A stretch of DNA of 64,000 nucleotides from an uncultured virus (IMG/VR IMGVR_UViG_3300027798_000036) (IMGVR_UViG_3300027798_000036); one strand, 5' to 3'. Shown: positions 38,662 through 48,429, counted from the stretch's first letter. The notes: a model not told the origin generated them from the letters alone. Translations and numbers: made by a program.

Positions 38662-38856
38662 TTACCAACTATCTATATCTGTAAAATCTTTTTCTACTTT
38701 AGCCGCATGACTATAAACTCTTATCCCTACACCAATACCATTTGGTGTGAACGTAAAGTCAAATAAACCATATTCACCATAAACCTTTTTGATGGCATCT
38801 TGCCACTCTTTGATTTCGGTTTCTTCTTTTTCATTTAATTCAAATTTTGTAATCAT
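38662..38856 (-). CDS. small phage protein
   Basis: FTFTPNGIG...DFTDIDSW. Confidence 0.7.
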   Translation of the reverse strand: MITKFELNEKEETEIKEWQDAIKKVYGEYGLFDFTFTPNGIGVGIRVYSHAAKVEKDFTDIDSW

Positions 38857-39257
38857 AATTTTACCTCAAACCTATCTTTCATTATTTGTAATTTATCCTC
38901 AGGGACATTGTGTTGATTAACACCACCGTGTCTGTTCTCCACTATGATACTGAACACACGATAACCGTATTGGTTTGCCAATTCATAATAAGCATCCATT
39001 TCCCATGCTTGAGTGAATGTATTAGATACAACAATGTCTGAGTTATCCAAACCAGCTGTAACATGGTTGTTAATCATTGCAAGTTCAATTTGTGATTGAC
39101 ACCATTCATGAGCCTTTCTTAATTTGGTTGGGTCAAACTTGTATTCACCTTCAACCATGAAAAAGGTATCGGTCTCAAAGTGAGAATCACCAAGTTGTTT
39201 TGCCAATGTGGACTTACCTGCGCCAGGGATTCCACGTAATAGATATAAATTTTTCAT
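38853..39257 (-). CDS. P-loop kinase (AAA_33, polynucleotide-kinase-like)
   Basis: RGIPGAGKST, VVSNTFT and HNVP. Confidence 0.88.
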   Translation of the reverse strand: MKNLYLLRGIPGAGKSTLAKQLGDSHFETDTFFMVEGEYKFDPTKLRKAHEWCQSQIELAMINNHVTAGLDNSDIVVSNTFTQAWEMDAYYELANQYGYRVFSIIVENRHGGVNQHNVPEDKLQIMKDRFEVKL

Positions 39258-39431
39258 ATTAGTCCATGTCTTTTTCTTGGGAACCATTGGTTGTTGGACC
39301 AACTAACCCAGCCTTAATACAATCATGCATACCCTCTTCAAGGTCTTTGATTTTCTTTTCCATTGGTCTGTACCACTCAAAATAAGTTAGCACTATACCA
39401 ATCCACGTACCGATTACTATATATAATAATG

Positions 39432-40472
39432 TCATAATTTTTTAAATTCAGGTTTTAATATATTCCATATCAATTTATCATAAGGTTTTCCATCCCACAT
39501 TGCAAACATGACCGCTCTATAAGGTGGATGTCCGTTTTCCATAACATGTTGAGCAAACTCTTTCTTGGTTGGTTCAACTTCTCTATCACTATACTTTCCA
39601 TATCGGAAGTTATAGTGAGCCTTTCCACAATATTCATCTACTTGAAGGTATCCATAACTCAAATTACCAGCATATCCTTTTACTTTAGCATAGAACTCAT
39701 CAGGTACATCCTTCAAGAACTCATTGATGTCACCACCATTAGCCAAGAACTCCCATACACCAGTGGTAGATACATTTGTCATTATCTTATGAAGACGCAA
39801 ATATTCCTCACCTTTGATTTTCATTCGGTCTCCGTTAGAGAAACGAACAACGAACCCTTCAGTGTTCTGTTCAACTTTACCCTTTAATTCGGAATAATCC
39901 CTAATTCCATCGTATTTTTTAACAATATCAAACCCTTCATACAATTCATTGTGTGGGAGTTCTTCACCAGTCTCAGTGTTGATTACACCAAGTAAAACCA
40001 AACGCTCCTCACCATTGTAGTCAACCACGATTCTGTTCTCAGGATAGATTATTTCAAACAAATAAGTGAACCTATCTACTATGATGTCTTGGTAGTTGTG
40101 CTTTATAGCAAAGTCGGTCATCCACTTTGATTGGTCAGAAGTAAATGAACCACGAGTGGCACATATCATCTCACCATTGTACTTGAACATGATTCCCAAT
40201 GAACCATCCATCTTATCAAATACCTCAAACTCAGATGTTGCTACGTGTTTGTTCTCCTCTAAGTTGAAGAACTTTTTGAATGGTCGGGCAACAACATTAC
40301 CTCTGTTGTCTGTAACCAATCCACGACATGTCAATGTAACATCATCCCATAACTCACCGAACTGAACGTTAGGTGTATAGTTCCATATGGATAATGGCAA
40401 ACTACGGTGTGTCTGTTTGAACAACAAACCCCTCTTTGTGTAGTCGTCTAATGTAACCATTGGAAATTTCAT
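39432..40472 (-). CDS. T4 Rnl1-like RNA ligase
   Basis: CRGLV, RPFKKFFN, KMDGSL, TRGSF, EGFVV and KIKGEEY. Confidence 0.92.
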   Translation of the reverse strand: MKFPMVTLDDYTKRGLLFKQTHRSLPLSIWNYTPNVQFGELWDDVTLTCRGLVTDNRGNVVARPFKKFFNLEENKHVATSEFEVFDKMDGSLGIMFKYNGEMICATRGSFTSDQSKWMTDFAIKHNYQDIIVDRFTYLFEIIYPENRIVVDYNGEERLVLLGVINTETGEELPHNELYEGFDIVKKYDGIRDYSELKGKVEQNTEGFVVRFSNGDRMKIKGEEYLRLHKIMTNVSTTGVWEFLANGGDINEFLKDVPDEFYAKVKGYAGNLSYGYLQVDEYCGKAHYNFRYGKYSDREVEPTKKEFAQHVMENGHPPYRAVMFAMWDGKPYDKLIWNILKPEFKKL

Positions 40473-40514
40473 AGTACAAAGATACAATTAATTTTTGATT
40501 ATTTCATTTTTATT

Positions 40515-41060
40515 TTAATCTTTCACTCTAAATTGAATTGTAATCCTGTGATATCCTTTCCAAGCACTCTTGATAACTGTAGTCCTAAACTCAAGGTTCT
40601 CAATCGGAATAAAACCATCTAAAGTAACAATACCAATACTATTCTCAGTCATCTTCTTGATAATGGTATCAAACGTACCGTTCTTACAATTCAACTCGTA
40701 AAACTCATCAACAAACCTATTGTACTCCTGAAGACCAATCTTGTTAAGGTTACTCCTTGTTGCAACCTTAAAATAAGGTTCAGAATACAATGTCCACGTT
40801 GATAACTTCTTCTTAATATATCTCTTAGCATCTGCGGTCTTGGTACTGTCCATCTTAGAAATCAAATCCCACTTCTTGAATGTAGAATTCTCCATCAAAT
40901 AGAACTTATGTACATCAAACCCAACACTCTTAATCCTCTCATAAACATTCCTACCCTCACCTGTCCAAACAAACGATGGTTTGGTTGGGTTCTTAACCCA
41001 TTCCACATCGGAAATACTATCTTCAAATTCTTGACCTGTCCTTACACGAGTCTGTTTCAT
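40515..41060 (-). CDS. putative PD-(D/E)xK nuclease (restriction-endonuclease-like)
   Basis: GQEFE...KWD...DAK motif spacing; adjacent to a methyltransferase. Confidence 0.45.
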   Translation of the reverse strand: MKQTRVRTGQEFEDSISDVEWVKNPTKPSFVWTGEGRNVYERIKSVGFDVHKFYLMENSTFKKWDLISKMDSTKTADAKRYIKKKLSTWTLYSEPYFKVATRSNLNKIGLQEYNRFVDEFYELNCKNGTFDTIIKKMTENSIGIVTLDGFIPIENLEFRTTVIKSAWKGYHRITIQFRVKD

Positions 41061-41083
41061 AATTCAAATATAAAAATAAAAAT

Positions 41084-41881
41084 TTAAAATATTTTAATTT
41101 GACTATTTTTTTTATCGTAATCTTCAAGTCTTTTTATTGACATATCAATATACTCCTGATGTAATTCAATACCCAAACAATCTCTATTTAATTTTTTTGC
41201 CGATAACAATGTAGTACCAGAACCTAAAAAAGGGTCCAATATCATATCACCAACAAAAGAATAATATTTAACAATTTTATCTGAAAGTTCTTCAGGATAT
41301 GGTGCTAAATGTTTTGAATGAGTTTCAGGGTTTATATACCAAACATTACTTCTTTCATATTCTTCAGTTACTAACGATTCTTTTAAAGTATCACCTGAGT
41401 ATGAACGAACTATTTTATCAATTAAAAAATTTGCCGGCTTTTGAAAGACAAATATTGTTTCTGACACTAAATTTGGTTTATAAGCAACAGGTTTTCTGTG
41501 TTGGAAAAAACCACCATTTCTATTTATTGCCGAACCTTCTGGTTTAACCCACACGATATCTTCAAGATATTTCCAACCAATTTTTTCCATTATTGAAAAA
41601 AAATGAAACGGTATTGGTAGTCTTTTACTTTCTGAGTTTCTATTGGCTCTTTGTACTATTACTGGTGATAAATTTACCACACACATACGACCATCTTTAG
41701 TTACTCTAAAAACTTCTAAGAAGACTTTTTCTAAAAAAATTAAATATTCATCGTATGTTGGCCATTGAGAATATGATTTTGCATTATAATATGGTGGTGA
41801 TGTCCATGTTAAATGGATTGATGAATCTAATATTTCTTTTAACTTTAATTCACAATCACCTAAAATTATTTCATATTTCAT
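41084..41881 (-). CDS. beta-class N4-C/N6-A DNA methyltransferase
   Basis: TSPPY, HLAPYP and DPFLGSGTT. Confidence 0.93.
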   Translation of the reverse strand: MKYEIILGDCELKLKEILDSSIHLTWTSPPYYNAKSYSQWPTYDEYLIFLEKVFLEVFRVTKDGRMCVVNLSPVIVQRANRNSESKRLPIPFHFFSIMEKIGWKYLEDIVWVKPEGSAINRNGGFFQHRKPVAYKPNLVSETIFVFQKPANFLIDKIVRSYSGDTLKESLVTEEYERSNVWYINPETHSKHLAPYPEELSDKIVKYYSFVGDMILDPFLGSGTTLLSAKKLNRDCLGIELHQEYIDMSIKRLEDYDKKNSQIKIF

Positions 41882-42306
41882 TAATTAAATTTTCTACCTG
41901 TTGGTTTAGTATTTGAACAGTCACCTTTTTCAATACTTTTACGATTATGACAAAGTTTACAATATGTTCTTACATTGTAAATATCATTATTGTTATGATT
42001 ACCATCTATATGGTCTAAATCCAAACATCCTATTTCAAATCCAAACCAACTTTCTTTATTAGGTACTGGACATTTAAAACCTAAATGACCATCAATGTTC
42101 TCACAATATTTTTTCTTATGAATTGTAATTCCTTCTCGGATTATACCTTTTTTTCTATCATTTTGACATTTAGAACATTCCGTTTTAAATGACCAATTAG
42201 ACCAACTTCTTACAGCAACTTTATTTTCACAACCAACATTAATACATTTTGGTAATGTATTACCCATTTCATAAAATTTACGTTTTTGAATCTCAGAAAT
42301 TTTCAT
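41881..42306 (-). CDS. HNH endonuclease-like protein
   Basis: Cys pairs; LDHIDGNHNNN...CKLCH. Confidence 0.8.
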   Translation of the reverse strand: MKISEIQKRKFYEMGNTLPKCINVGCENKVAVRSWSNWSFKTECSKCQNDRKKGIIREGITIHKKKYCENIDGHLGFKCPVPNKESWFGFEIGCLDLDHIDGNHNNNDIYNVRTYCKLCHNRKSIEKGDCSNTKPTGRKFN

Positions 42307-42379
42307 ACATCAAAGATACAAATAAAAAGTAACATAAAAAAGAACCCCCCAACTTTTTATTGTTAGGGGAGTTACTTAA

Positions 42380-43117
42380 TTAGTTTTCCACATAAAATTC
42401 AAAACCTTGTAAACCAAAGTATTTAATGTGATTATTTATTCTTCTTACTTTTTCAACATTACTAGTGTTTGTCCAAACAACATAATTTCCAACCCAAACA
42501 CTACAATTGTTCATTTTATTCTCTTCATAATCAAATCCAAGTTCTTCAATTGAAGTTGATATGTGTGGTTCACGAGTATCCAAATTATCCCATCCAACAA
42601 TTTCAGCAATCTTTGTCATACCCAAAACAAAAGTTTCTTTAGCATTTTCTTGAGTCATGTCTTCACCATTTAATTTAAAAACTACTCTTGACGGACTGTT
42701 ACGTTTAATAACACTAGTCATCTCACCTTTATCATTTTGTGAAATTGTTTTGTCCTCAGCGATTTTTTGAATCATATCAATTTCAACGGCCCCCATTAAC
42801 TTGGTCAATTTGCTAACACGACTATTTAATATTTCAATATCTGAAACATCAAACCATTCTGTAGTAATATTACGTCTATAATCGTACTGTTTTTCTACTC
42901 TATAATCTTCAAAACAAGTATGTAAAATACTTTCCAATTGTGACATTTCTTCAGTTTCAAAAACACGAACAAATGTTACATCAAAAGGTAAATGGGTAGA
43001 ATTTAATTGGGTCTCTCTCAATTTATATTGAATTGATTTACCAATTTTGTGATACCCGTTTACAAACTTACCACCATGGTCAATAATTCGTGCGATGTAT
43101 ACATATCCTTTATCCAT
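42380..43117 (-). CDS. GIY-YIG/T5orf172-like nuclease domain protein
   Basis: GYVYI...KIGKS...RETQL...LESILH...EWF. Confidence 0.8.
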   Translation of the reverse strand: MDKGYVYIARIIDHGGKFVNGYHKIGKSIQYKLRETQLNSTHLPFDVTFVRVFETEEMSQLESILHTCFEDYRVEKQYDYRRNITTEWFDVSDIEILNSRVSKLTKLMGAVEIDMIQKIAEDKTISQNDKGEMTSVIKRNSPSRVVFKLNGEDMTQENAKETFVLGMTKIAEIVGWDNLDTREPHISTSIEELGFDYEENKMNNCSVWVGNYVVWTNTSNVEKVRRINNHIKYFGLQGFEFYVEN

Positions 43118-43156
43118 ATAACAAAGATATGGAATAGTTTTAAAACCACCAAATAT

Positions 43157-43193
43157 AAAAAAAAGAAACCCCAAATAATTTCTTATTCGGGGT
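43157..43193 (-). terminator. intrinsic terminator ending the large ncRNA
   Basis: GACCCCGAATAA-GAAA-TTATTTGGGGTT followed by a U tract. Confidence 0.8.
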
Positions 43194-43224
43194 CGGACAT
43201 AGGATACTATCCTATGTGGGGTTT

Positions 43225-44057
43225 TGGCTAAAACGATGAGATTACTCGTTTAGTTGACCTGTCTTTTGTAGAGATTATACCCGACTAAGGTTTCCTCTCG
43301 TATCCACTAATGTTGCCATCAGTATCAAGTCATCACCGATTGTTTACGACAATCACACGTTTCGGTCAAACTTACTCAACTATTACTTGCCTCTATAGAA
43401 TCTTGCGAACTCTCTAAACCCGTGCCCAGGTACTAGGACTTTCTTAGTCAAAACTGAAGGACTTGGGGTCCTGTCAATTTCCTTGTTGGTATTTCTACCC
43501 AAGGAATTAGGTGACTTTCAGTTTAACCGCTCAGAGACTTTTCCTTTTCTGTAGTTTATTTTTTCATAATAAATCAACATAGTGAGTGTGATGAAAGATG
43601 AGCTCTGAGGTGGATAGCTTCTCTTTTGAAGAAGTAAATACCACTCACCTTTCTGTAATCCGCCAAGACTACGACTTATCTTGATATCGTTGTGTCACCA
43701 CTTGGATACCTGTGATAAATTGGTGACCTAGCCCTACATCCACTTGGCGGCGGAGTCGAACCATTCCCTTTACCTTTTCCTATTGATGTCTCCATCTCAA
43801 CCCTGACACCTCACGTGGTCAAAATAAATAACTTCTCTCAGCTGTTGCCCATAAGAAATCATTCGTAGGTAATTTGTTTAGTTGTGAGCCACTTTCGTGA
43901 CACCGAGATATTTGTACCGTTGAGTACTTTCTCCCCTATAGTCCCGTTACCGGGGTTATCTTAATCGACGCTAAACCGCCGAATACAAACCAAACTTCAA
44001 TTTAAGGGGGTGAAGTTGGCGTTTCAAAGAACGTTTTGAGATGTTATTCTCAATTGT
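43225..44057 (-). ncRNA. large structured ncRNA, GOLLD-like
   Basis: ~800 nt without an ORF, GC-elevated, many hairpins with GNRA loops; 3' part (GUUGAGUAAG, UAGUGGAUA, AUAAUC, GUAAUCUCA) resembles GOLLD as recalled. Confidence 0.7.
44022..44032 (-). promoter_or_regulatory. boxA-like antitermination element GTTCTTTGAAA
   Basis: rrn-type boxA sequence about 25 nt after the predicted start, preceded by a small hairpin. Confidence 0.6.
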
Positions 44058-44061
44058 TTCA

Positions 44062-44093
44062 CAAAGTTAAGACTATTTTTTCAAACTGTCAAA
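44062..44093 (-). promoter_or_regulatory. Bacteroidota primary-sigma promoter (-33 TTTG / -7 TAACTTTG)
   Basis: TTTG-N20-TAACTTTG facing the ncRNA. Confidence 0.75.
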
Positions 44094-44184
44094 TAAACTT
44101 TGTTTTTTTTATTTGGTAAGTAATAAATATATCCTTATTTACCAAAGTTATAAAAACATAACATCTTTTTTTTCAGTTGTCAAA

Positions 44185-44592
44185 TCATTTTAGAACATTT
44201 TTTAAATATTCTTTCAAATTCTCACCGAGTGGTTCAGGTAACTCATCAATTGAAAAGTATCCACACTCTGAATGTTCTTCCCCGTACTCAGCATTTTCCA
44301 AGTCAGGGTGAATAGGCTTGTCAACCTCATTTAAGAATACATACATTACTGAAGATTGTTTTGTTCCTTTACGGTTCATTCTACTCATCACCCCAAGGAA
44401 TTCTAAGTCACCCGTTAATTCTTTACCAGTCTCTTCATAGAACTCACGATGTGCCGTGTCAATGATTTCTTCATCTGGTTCTACTTTACCACCAGGAATA
44501 CTCCATTCCCCTGAGTAAGTTTCAACATTACTCCTTTTACACAAAAGACATTTGTTTCCTGATTTAACGATTACTCCGGCTGATTTCTTCAT
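44185..44592 (-). CDS. NUDIX hydrolase
   Basis: PGGKVEPDEEIIDTAHREFYEETG Nudix box. Confidence 0.93.
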   Translation of the reverse strand: MKKSAGVIVKSGNKCLLCKRSNVETYSGEWSIPGGKVEPDEEIIDTAHREFYEETGKELTGDLEFLGVMSRMNRKGTKQSSVMYVFLNEVDKPIHPDLENAEYGEEHSECGYFSIDELPEPLGENLKEYLKNVLK

Positions 44593-44611
44593 ATCTTATA
44601 TTTATCACTAT

Positions 44612-44956
44612 ATGTATATTTCAATCAATAATAATAAATTTAATTGTAAAGTGGTATCCACACCCGAAAAAATTCGTTTGGGTATGATGGGTCAGAGTTT
44701 CAGTAACTTTGATGGGATGCTATTTGTAATGCCTGAAGATACAACACAGAGTTTTTGGATGAAAAATTGTGTGGTTCCTTTAGATATTGTCTTTATTAAA
44801 AAAAATATTATTAATGATATTTCCCCTAACTGCCCACCATGTGATACAGAAGAATGTGAAACGTATGAAGGTGACGGTGGTTTTGTATTGGAACTGCCTG
44901 CTAATTCATGCAGGAGTCTTGGTATCAAAATCGGAGACAGGGTTGATTATCAGTAA
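44612..44956 (+). CDS. DUF192 family protein
   Basis: GMLF...FWMKN..PLDIVF...VLEL; TATTTAT-N6-ATG. Confidence 0.85.
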   Translation: MYISINNNKFNCKVVSTPEKIRLGMMGQSFSNFDGMLFVMPEDTTQSFWMKNCVVPLDIVFIKKNIINDISPNCPPCDTEECETYEGDGGFVLELPANSCRSLGIKIGDRVDYQ

Positions 44957-44977
44957 TTTTAGCCATACCTTTGGGTT

Positions 44978-45325
44978 ATGGAAAACAAATTAAAAGTTTA
45001 TTGGACCAAAACATCAGAACAAATTAAGAAGTTCTTTAGTCATGTTTTTTGGGTTGTATTAGTACTTGGCGGAATTGGCATAGGATTTGGAGTAGGGTTC
45101 TACTATAAACAAATCAAGACCGTTGAAATGCCATCTAAGATGGTTGTCGTAGAAAAACAAGACATTATATTAGCGGTTGATGAAAACCAACGTCTAATGT
45201 TGATTGATAAAAATACCGGGAACTATACCATCTATGATAATGAGATTGGTAAAACTATCTTTACCCTTTATGCTCGTAATATTTGGGGTCAACACAATCC
45301 AAATCAAGCACCACCTGTAAAATAA
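44978..45325 (+). CDS. membrane protein with one TM segment
   Basis: TACCTTTG-N4-ATG; hydrophobic stretch. Confidence 0.7.
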   Translation: MENKLKVYWTKTSEQIKKFFSHVFWVVLVLGGIGIGFGVGFYYKQIKTVEMPSKMVVVEKQDIILAVDENQRLMLIDKNTGNYTIYDNEIGKTIFTLYARNIWGQHNPNQAPPVK

Positions 45326-45327
45326 TT

Positions 45328-45888
45328 ATGAAAAATGTAGATTTTAAAACCGCGATATTCCTTTGGTTCTTTGTAATCTTTGGAGCTCTTGGAGTGGCAA
45401 TCTACAGTATTGAAAAAATACAGGAACAAGCTGAAGAAGAATATTTGGAGTTGTTGGGTTCTGAACCTACATCTCCAAATTGTCTTAGGATGTATAACTC
45501 AATTGAGAAATACTCTAAGATGTATCGTGTACCTAAGTACATTGCTTACAATGTGGCTTATAAGGAAACACATTATCAAGGACCTTTTCATTGGTCTTAT
45601 GACCCATACCAAACATCATATGCAAACGCTGTGGGTCCAATGCAAATCATTACCAAATATGCTCACCCTTATGCTGGTAGACATGTTAGTCAAAAAGAAC
45701 TTACTAGAAACATTGAATTGAATGTTATGGTTAGTATGAAGATGTTAAGAGCCCGATATAACACTTACCATAGTTGGGCACTCTCTTGTGGTGGTTATAA
45801 CACTGGTAGTCCAATAGTTAATGAGTACGCAAGTTATTGTGCATCAAACAAGAACTATAAAAAGAATTGGGTTACTTACTCTCGTTAA
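45328..45888 (+). CDS. membrane-anchored SLT-domain lytic transglycosylase
   Basis: KET...SYANAVGPMQI...GYNTG. Confidence 0.8.
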   Translation: MKNVDFKTAIFLWFFVIFGALGVAIYSIEKIQEQAEEEYLELLGSEPTSPNCLRMYNSIEKYSKMYRVPKYIAYNVAYKETHYQGPFHWSYDPYQTSYANAVGPMQIITKYAHPYAGRHVSQKELTRNIELNVMVSMKMLRARYNTYHSWALSCGGYNTGSPIVNEYASYCASNKNYKKNWVTYSR

Positions 45889-47275
45889 TCTTTTCCTGAA
45901 GTTTGTTTACAAATTCGGTTTGTAATTTCTTCAATACATTAATGTATGCCGCTCCACTTCTTTCAGGGTCGTATTTGTATTGTCCACTTGGTGGTCTATT
46001 ACTCCTACCAAGATAGTTAATACCTGAAATATTTGTGATACATTTATGTCCTCCTGAATTGGCTTGGATTAAATCCCACGCACTTACACCAAACTTATCA
46101 AGGACTTCAAATTCCTTGTCAGTTAAGTTGTTTGTAGGTTTATCCATCAACCTATCAATAATCTGAAGATACTCATCGCCATTCTCCATTCTACTAAATT
46201 TTTCACCATAAAGAGCTTTAAAATCTTTAAATGTAAATCCAACAGACTCTGGTCCTATGGAAACCTCAGAAATATATTTGATAGTTGATAATGGAATCAT
46301 TCTACCTTTAAGTTGGTCTTCGTGTTTTGCTAACACTTCTTGAGCGATATCTCCCAAGTTAACCCCTTTAAGTTCACGTTCCTTTTTAAATGGATTACAC
46401 GATGCTTGTAGTAATCCAAGTGGCCAAGCTATTACCAAGAAATCCGCTTCAGGGTTGTTCTTAAATGGCGTGTATCTATCGTATGAACCCGGATTGAACA
46501 TACTACCTCCTCCATATTGTACAATGATGTTATCAACCACCTTAACGTTTGGTGATGTCTCCATCTGTTTAACATACTCTGATTTATTCTTTTCTAATGT
46601 TTGTGTACCTGGTAATTTTCTTTCATCCATTTCTTTCTTAACTTGCATTAAGATTGAATATAAAGATGGTTCAGAATTCATTACCAAATTCTCCATAAAG
46701 CCTGGCTTATTCTTAAATGCCAAGATTAGTTTGTTTAAAACCAATCCCATAGCAAATTTGTTTTGTAAAAAACTTTTGTCCTTATCAAGTTTAAACATAT
46801 AGTTCATTACTTGTTCAGGTGTAATATCATATTTTGCATAATCCGCAGAGTCAACAGTTGAAATTAATCTCAAATCTGTTTCAGGGAATATGTCTTTTGG
46901 TGATACTATTTGTGATATTGTTTCCACGTTTGAACGTGATGACCTAAATGATGTCGCTCCTGTTTCATCAGCACCTGCTTGTTTATCGTGGTGGTCAGTA
47001 TGGATAATAAACATTGGTTTACCGTGTGCAAAGTCAACAAGAACTGGCATTGTATCACCATTAGCATCAAGTTTTTTAACCGAGAATTCTTTATCACCAT
47101 ATTGAATTATTTCAGTATCAACTACATTGATACCGTTATCCTCCAAATATTTCTTCATAGCAATTGCTGTTGTAACACCATCTAAATCTTGGTGAAAGTA
47201 TATTTTTGCTTTTGGATATCTTTTAGCCAAAGCTTTAATATCACGTAATCCCGATTCTTTAATTAACCTTTTCAT
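45872..47275 (-). CDS. DHH-family phosphoesterase-like protein
   Basis: HQDLDG, LVDF, TDHH and GGHK. Confidence 0.75.
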   Translation of the reverse strand: MKRLIKESGLRDIKALAKRYPKAKIYFHQDLDGVTTAIAMKKYLEDNGINVVDTEIIQYGDKEFSVKKLDANGDTMPVLVDFAHGKPMFIIHTDHHDKQAGADETGATSFRSSRSNVETISQIVSPKDIFPETDLRLISTVDSADYAKYDITPEQVMNYMFKLDKDKSFLQNKFAMGLVLNKLILAFKNKPGFMENLVMNSEPSLYSILMQVKKEMDERKLPGTQTLEKNKSEYVKQMETSPNVKVVDNIIVQYGGGSMFNPGSYDRYTPFKNNPEADFLVIAWPLGLLQASCNPFKKERELKGVNLGDIAQEVLAKHEDQLKGRMIPLSTIKYISEVSIGPESVGFTFKDFKALYGEKFSRMENGDEYLQIIDRLMDKPTNNLTDKEFEVLDKFGVSAWDLIQANSGGHKCITNISGINYLGRSNRPPSGQYKYDPERSGAAYINVLKKLQTEFVNKLQEKINESK

Positions 47276-48429
47276 TATACAACGTTAGATGTTATTGGAC
47301 CAAATAGTAAATTAGTTAAGAAGTTTTTACCTTGTTCTTCATAATTAGTTGATGATTTAGATGGTTGACTATTATCATCACCATCAAAATTAGGTTCAGT
47401 ATACAATCCTTCCTCTTCGGGAACGTCTTTAAAATCATTTTCCCAATTCTTTTTGGCTTCAGCTGTTTTAGCGTATTCTTCCATTTTTTCATTAAACTCT
47501 TTTGGTCCCATGCGTCTAATTGTTTCATCAGGGCCAACGAAGTTTCCTACACCAATATAATCCAAGAAACCTGTCCAAAGTTTTGTTCTTCTCATTAAAC
47601 TTCTTGTTGCTTTATTTCCAAACAATCTTGGCATTCCTGACATTTTATAATTTTTCATACCAGATAACCCTTTTGCTGCCGTACCACCAAATTCTCTAAA
47701 TAATCTTGTGTCTGCCTTAACTGCTGATTTCATATCAGTTAATACTTTAATGGCATCTGTTTTAGTTAATCCTCTAAATGTTTTTGCCAATCCAACAGCT
47801 TTTGCCGAACCAGCTCCGGCCTTTGAAAATAATCTCAACCAATCTTTTACAGTATTTTTTAGTGGTTGTCCCAATTTACCTAATGGAATATTATCAATAA
47901 TGTCAATTAATTTTGGTACCCATTGTCTTACAGTTCCCAATAATTTAGCCATTAAACCACTTTCTTTACCAATATCTTCTATCATCTTAGTGGCCTGACT
48001 TATCGCTTCAGGTGTACCTTTATTAGCAAGTTTCAAAGCGGCGTCTGTTGATTTAACAACTTTAGAACCTCTTCCTGCTAACATAACTCCTTTACCAATT
48101 GCATCTCCAACATAAGGTACCGCAGATATAAAAGATAACATTGCGTAAAATTTATCCCCTTGTTTTAAATATGAAATACCATTTAATGTATCAACTATTG
48201 GTGTTGGGTCTACAACACCCAAAATGTCTAATACTGTATTATACCATTCAGCCTCATTTAATTGTAGTTTAAGGTGTGGATTAAAATATTCAATCAATGA
48301 AACACACAATTCTTTATCATCGTCTGACATATTAGAATATCTTTCTTTTAATTCAGTAATGGCATGTTCTTCTGAATTAATCGTATTGATTACTTTTTTT
48401 AAATCAGATTCGTTAATAACAATTTTCAT
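47275..48429 (-). CDS. protein with INESD leader and pre-toxin (PT-TG-like) helical region
   Basis: LDILGVVDPTPIVDTLNGISY..GD...AMLSFISAVPYVGD. Confidence 0.6.
   Translation of the reverse strand: MKIVINESDLKKVINTINSEEHAITELKERYSNMSDDDKELCVSLIEYFNPHLKLQLNEAEWYNTVLDILGVVDPTPIVDTLNGISYLKQGDKFYAMLSFISAVPYVGDAIGKGVMLAGRGSKVVKSTDAALKLANKGTPEAISQATKMIEDIGKESGLMAKLLGTVRQWVPKLIDIIDNIPLGKLGQPLKNTVKDWLRLFSKAGAGSAKAVGLAKTFRGLTKTDAIKVLTDMKSAVKADTRLFREFGGTAAKGLSGMKNYKMSGMPRLFGNKATRSLMRRTKLWTGFLDYIGVGNFVGPDETIRRMGPKEFNEKMEEYAKTAEAKKNWENDFKDVPEEEGLYTEPNFDGDDNSQPSKSSTNYEEQGKNFLTNLLFGPITSNVV

Noticed and set aside
392..43174. Recurrent 'MYLC/YLCxM' N-terminal peptide as a protein motif
   Set aside because: It is the in-frame translation of the TAnnTTTG promoter just upstream of the true ATG.
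43745..43800. GGTTCGACTCC T-loop-like motif on the minus strand suggesting a tRNA
   Set aside because: No acceptor stem, D arm or anticodon arm could be built; treated as part of the large ncRNA.
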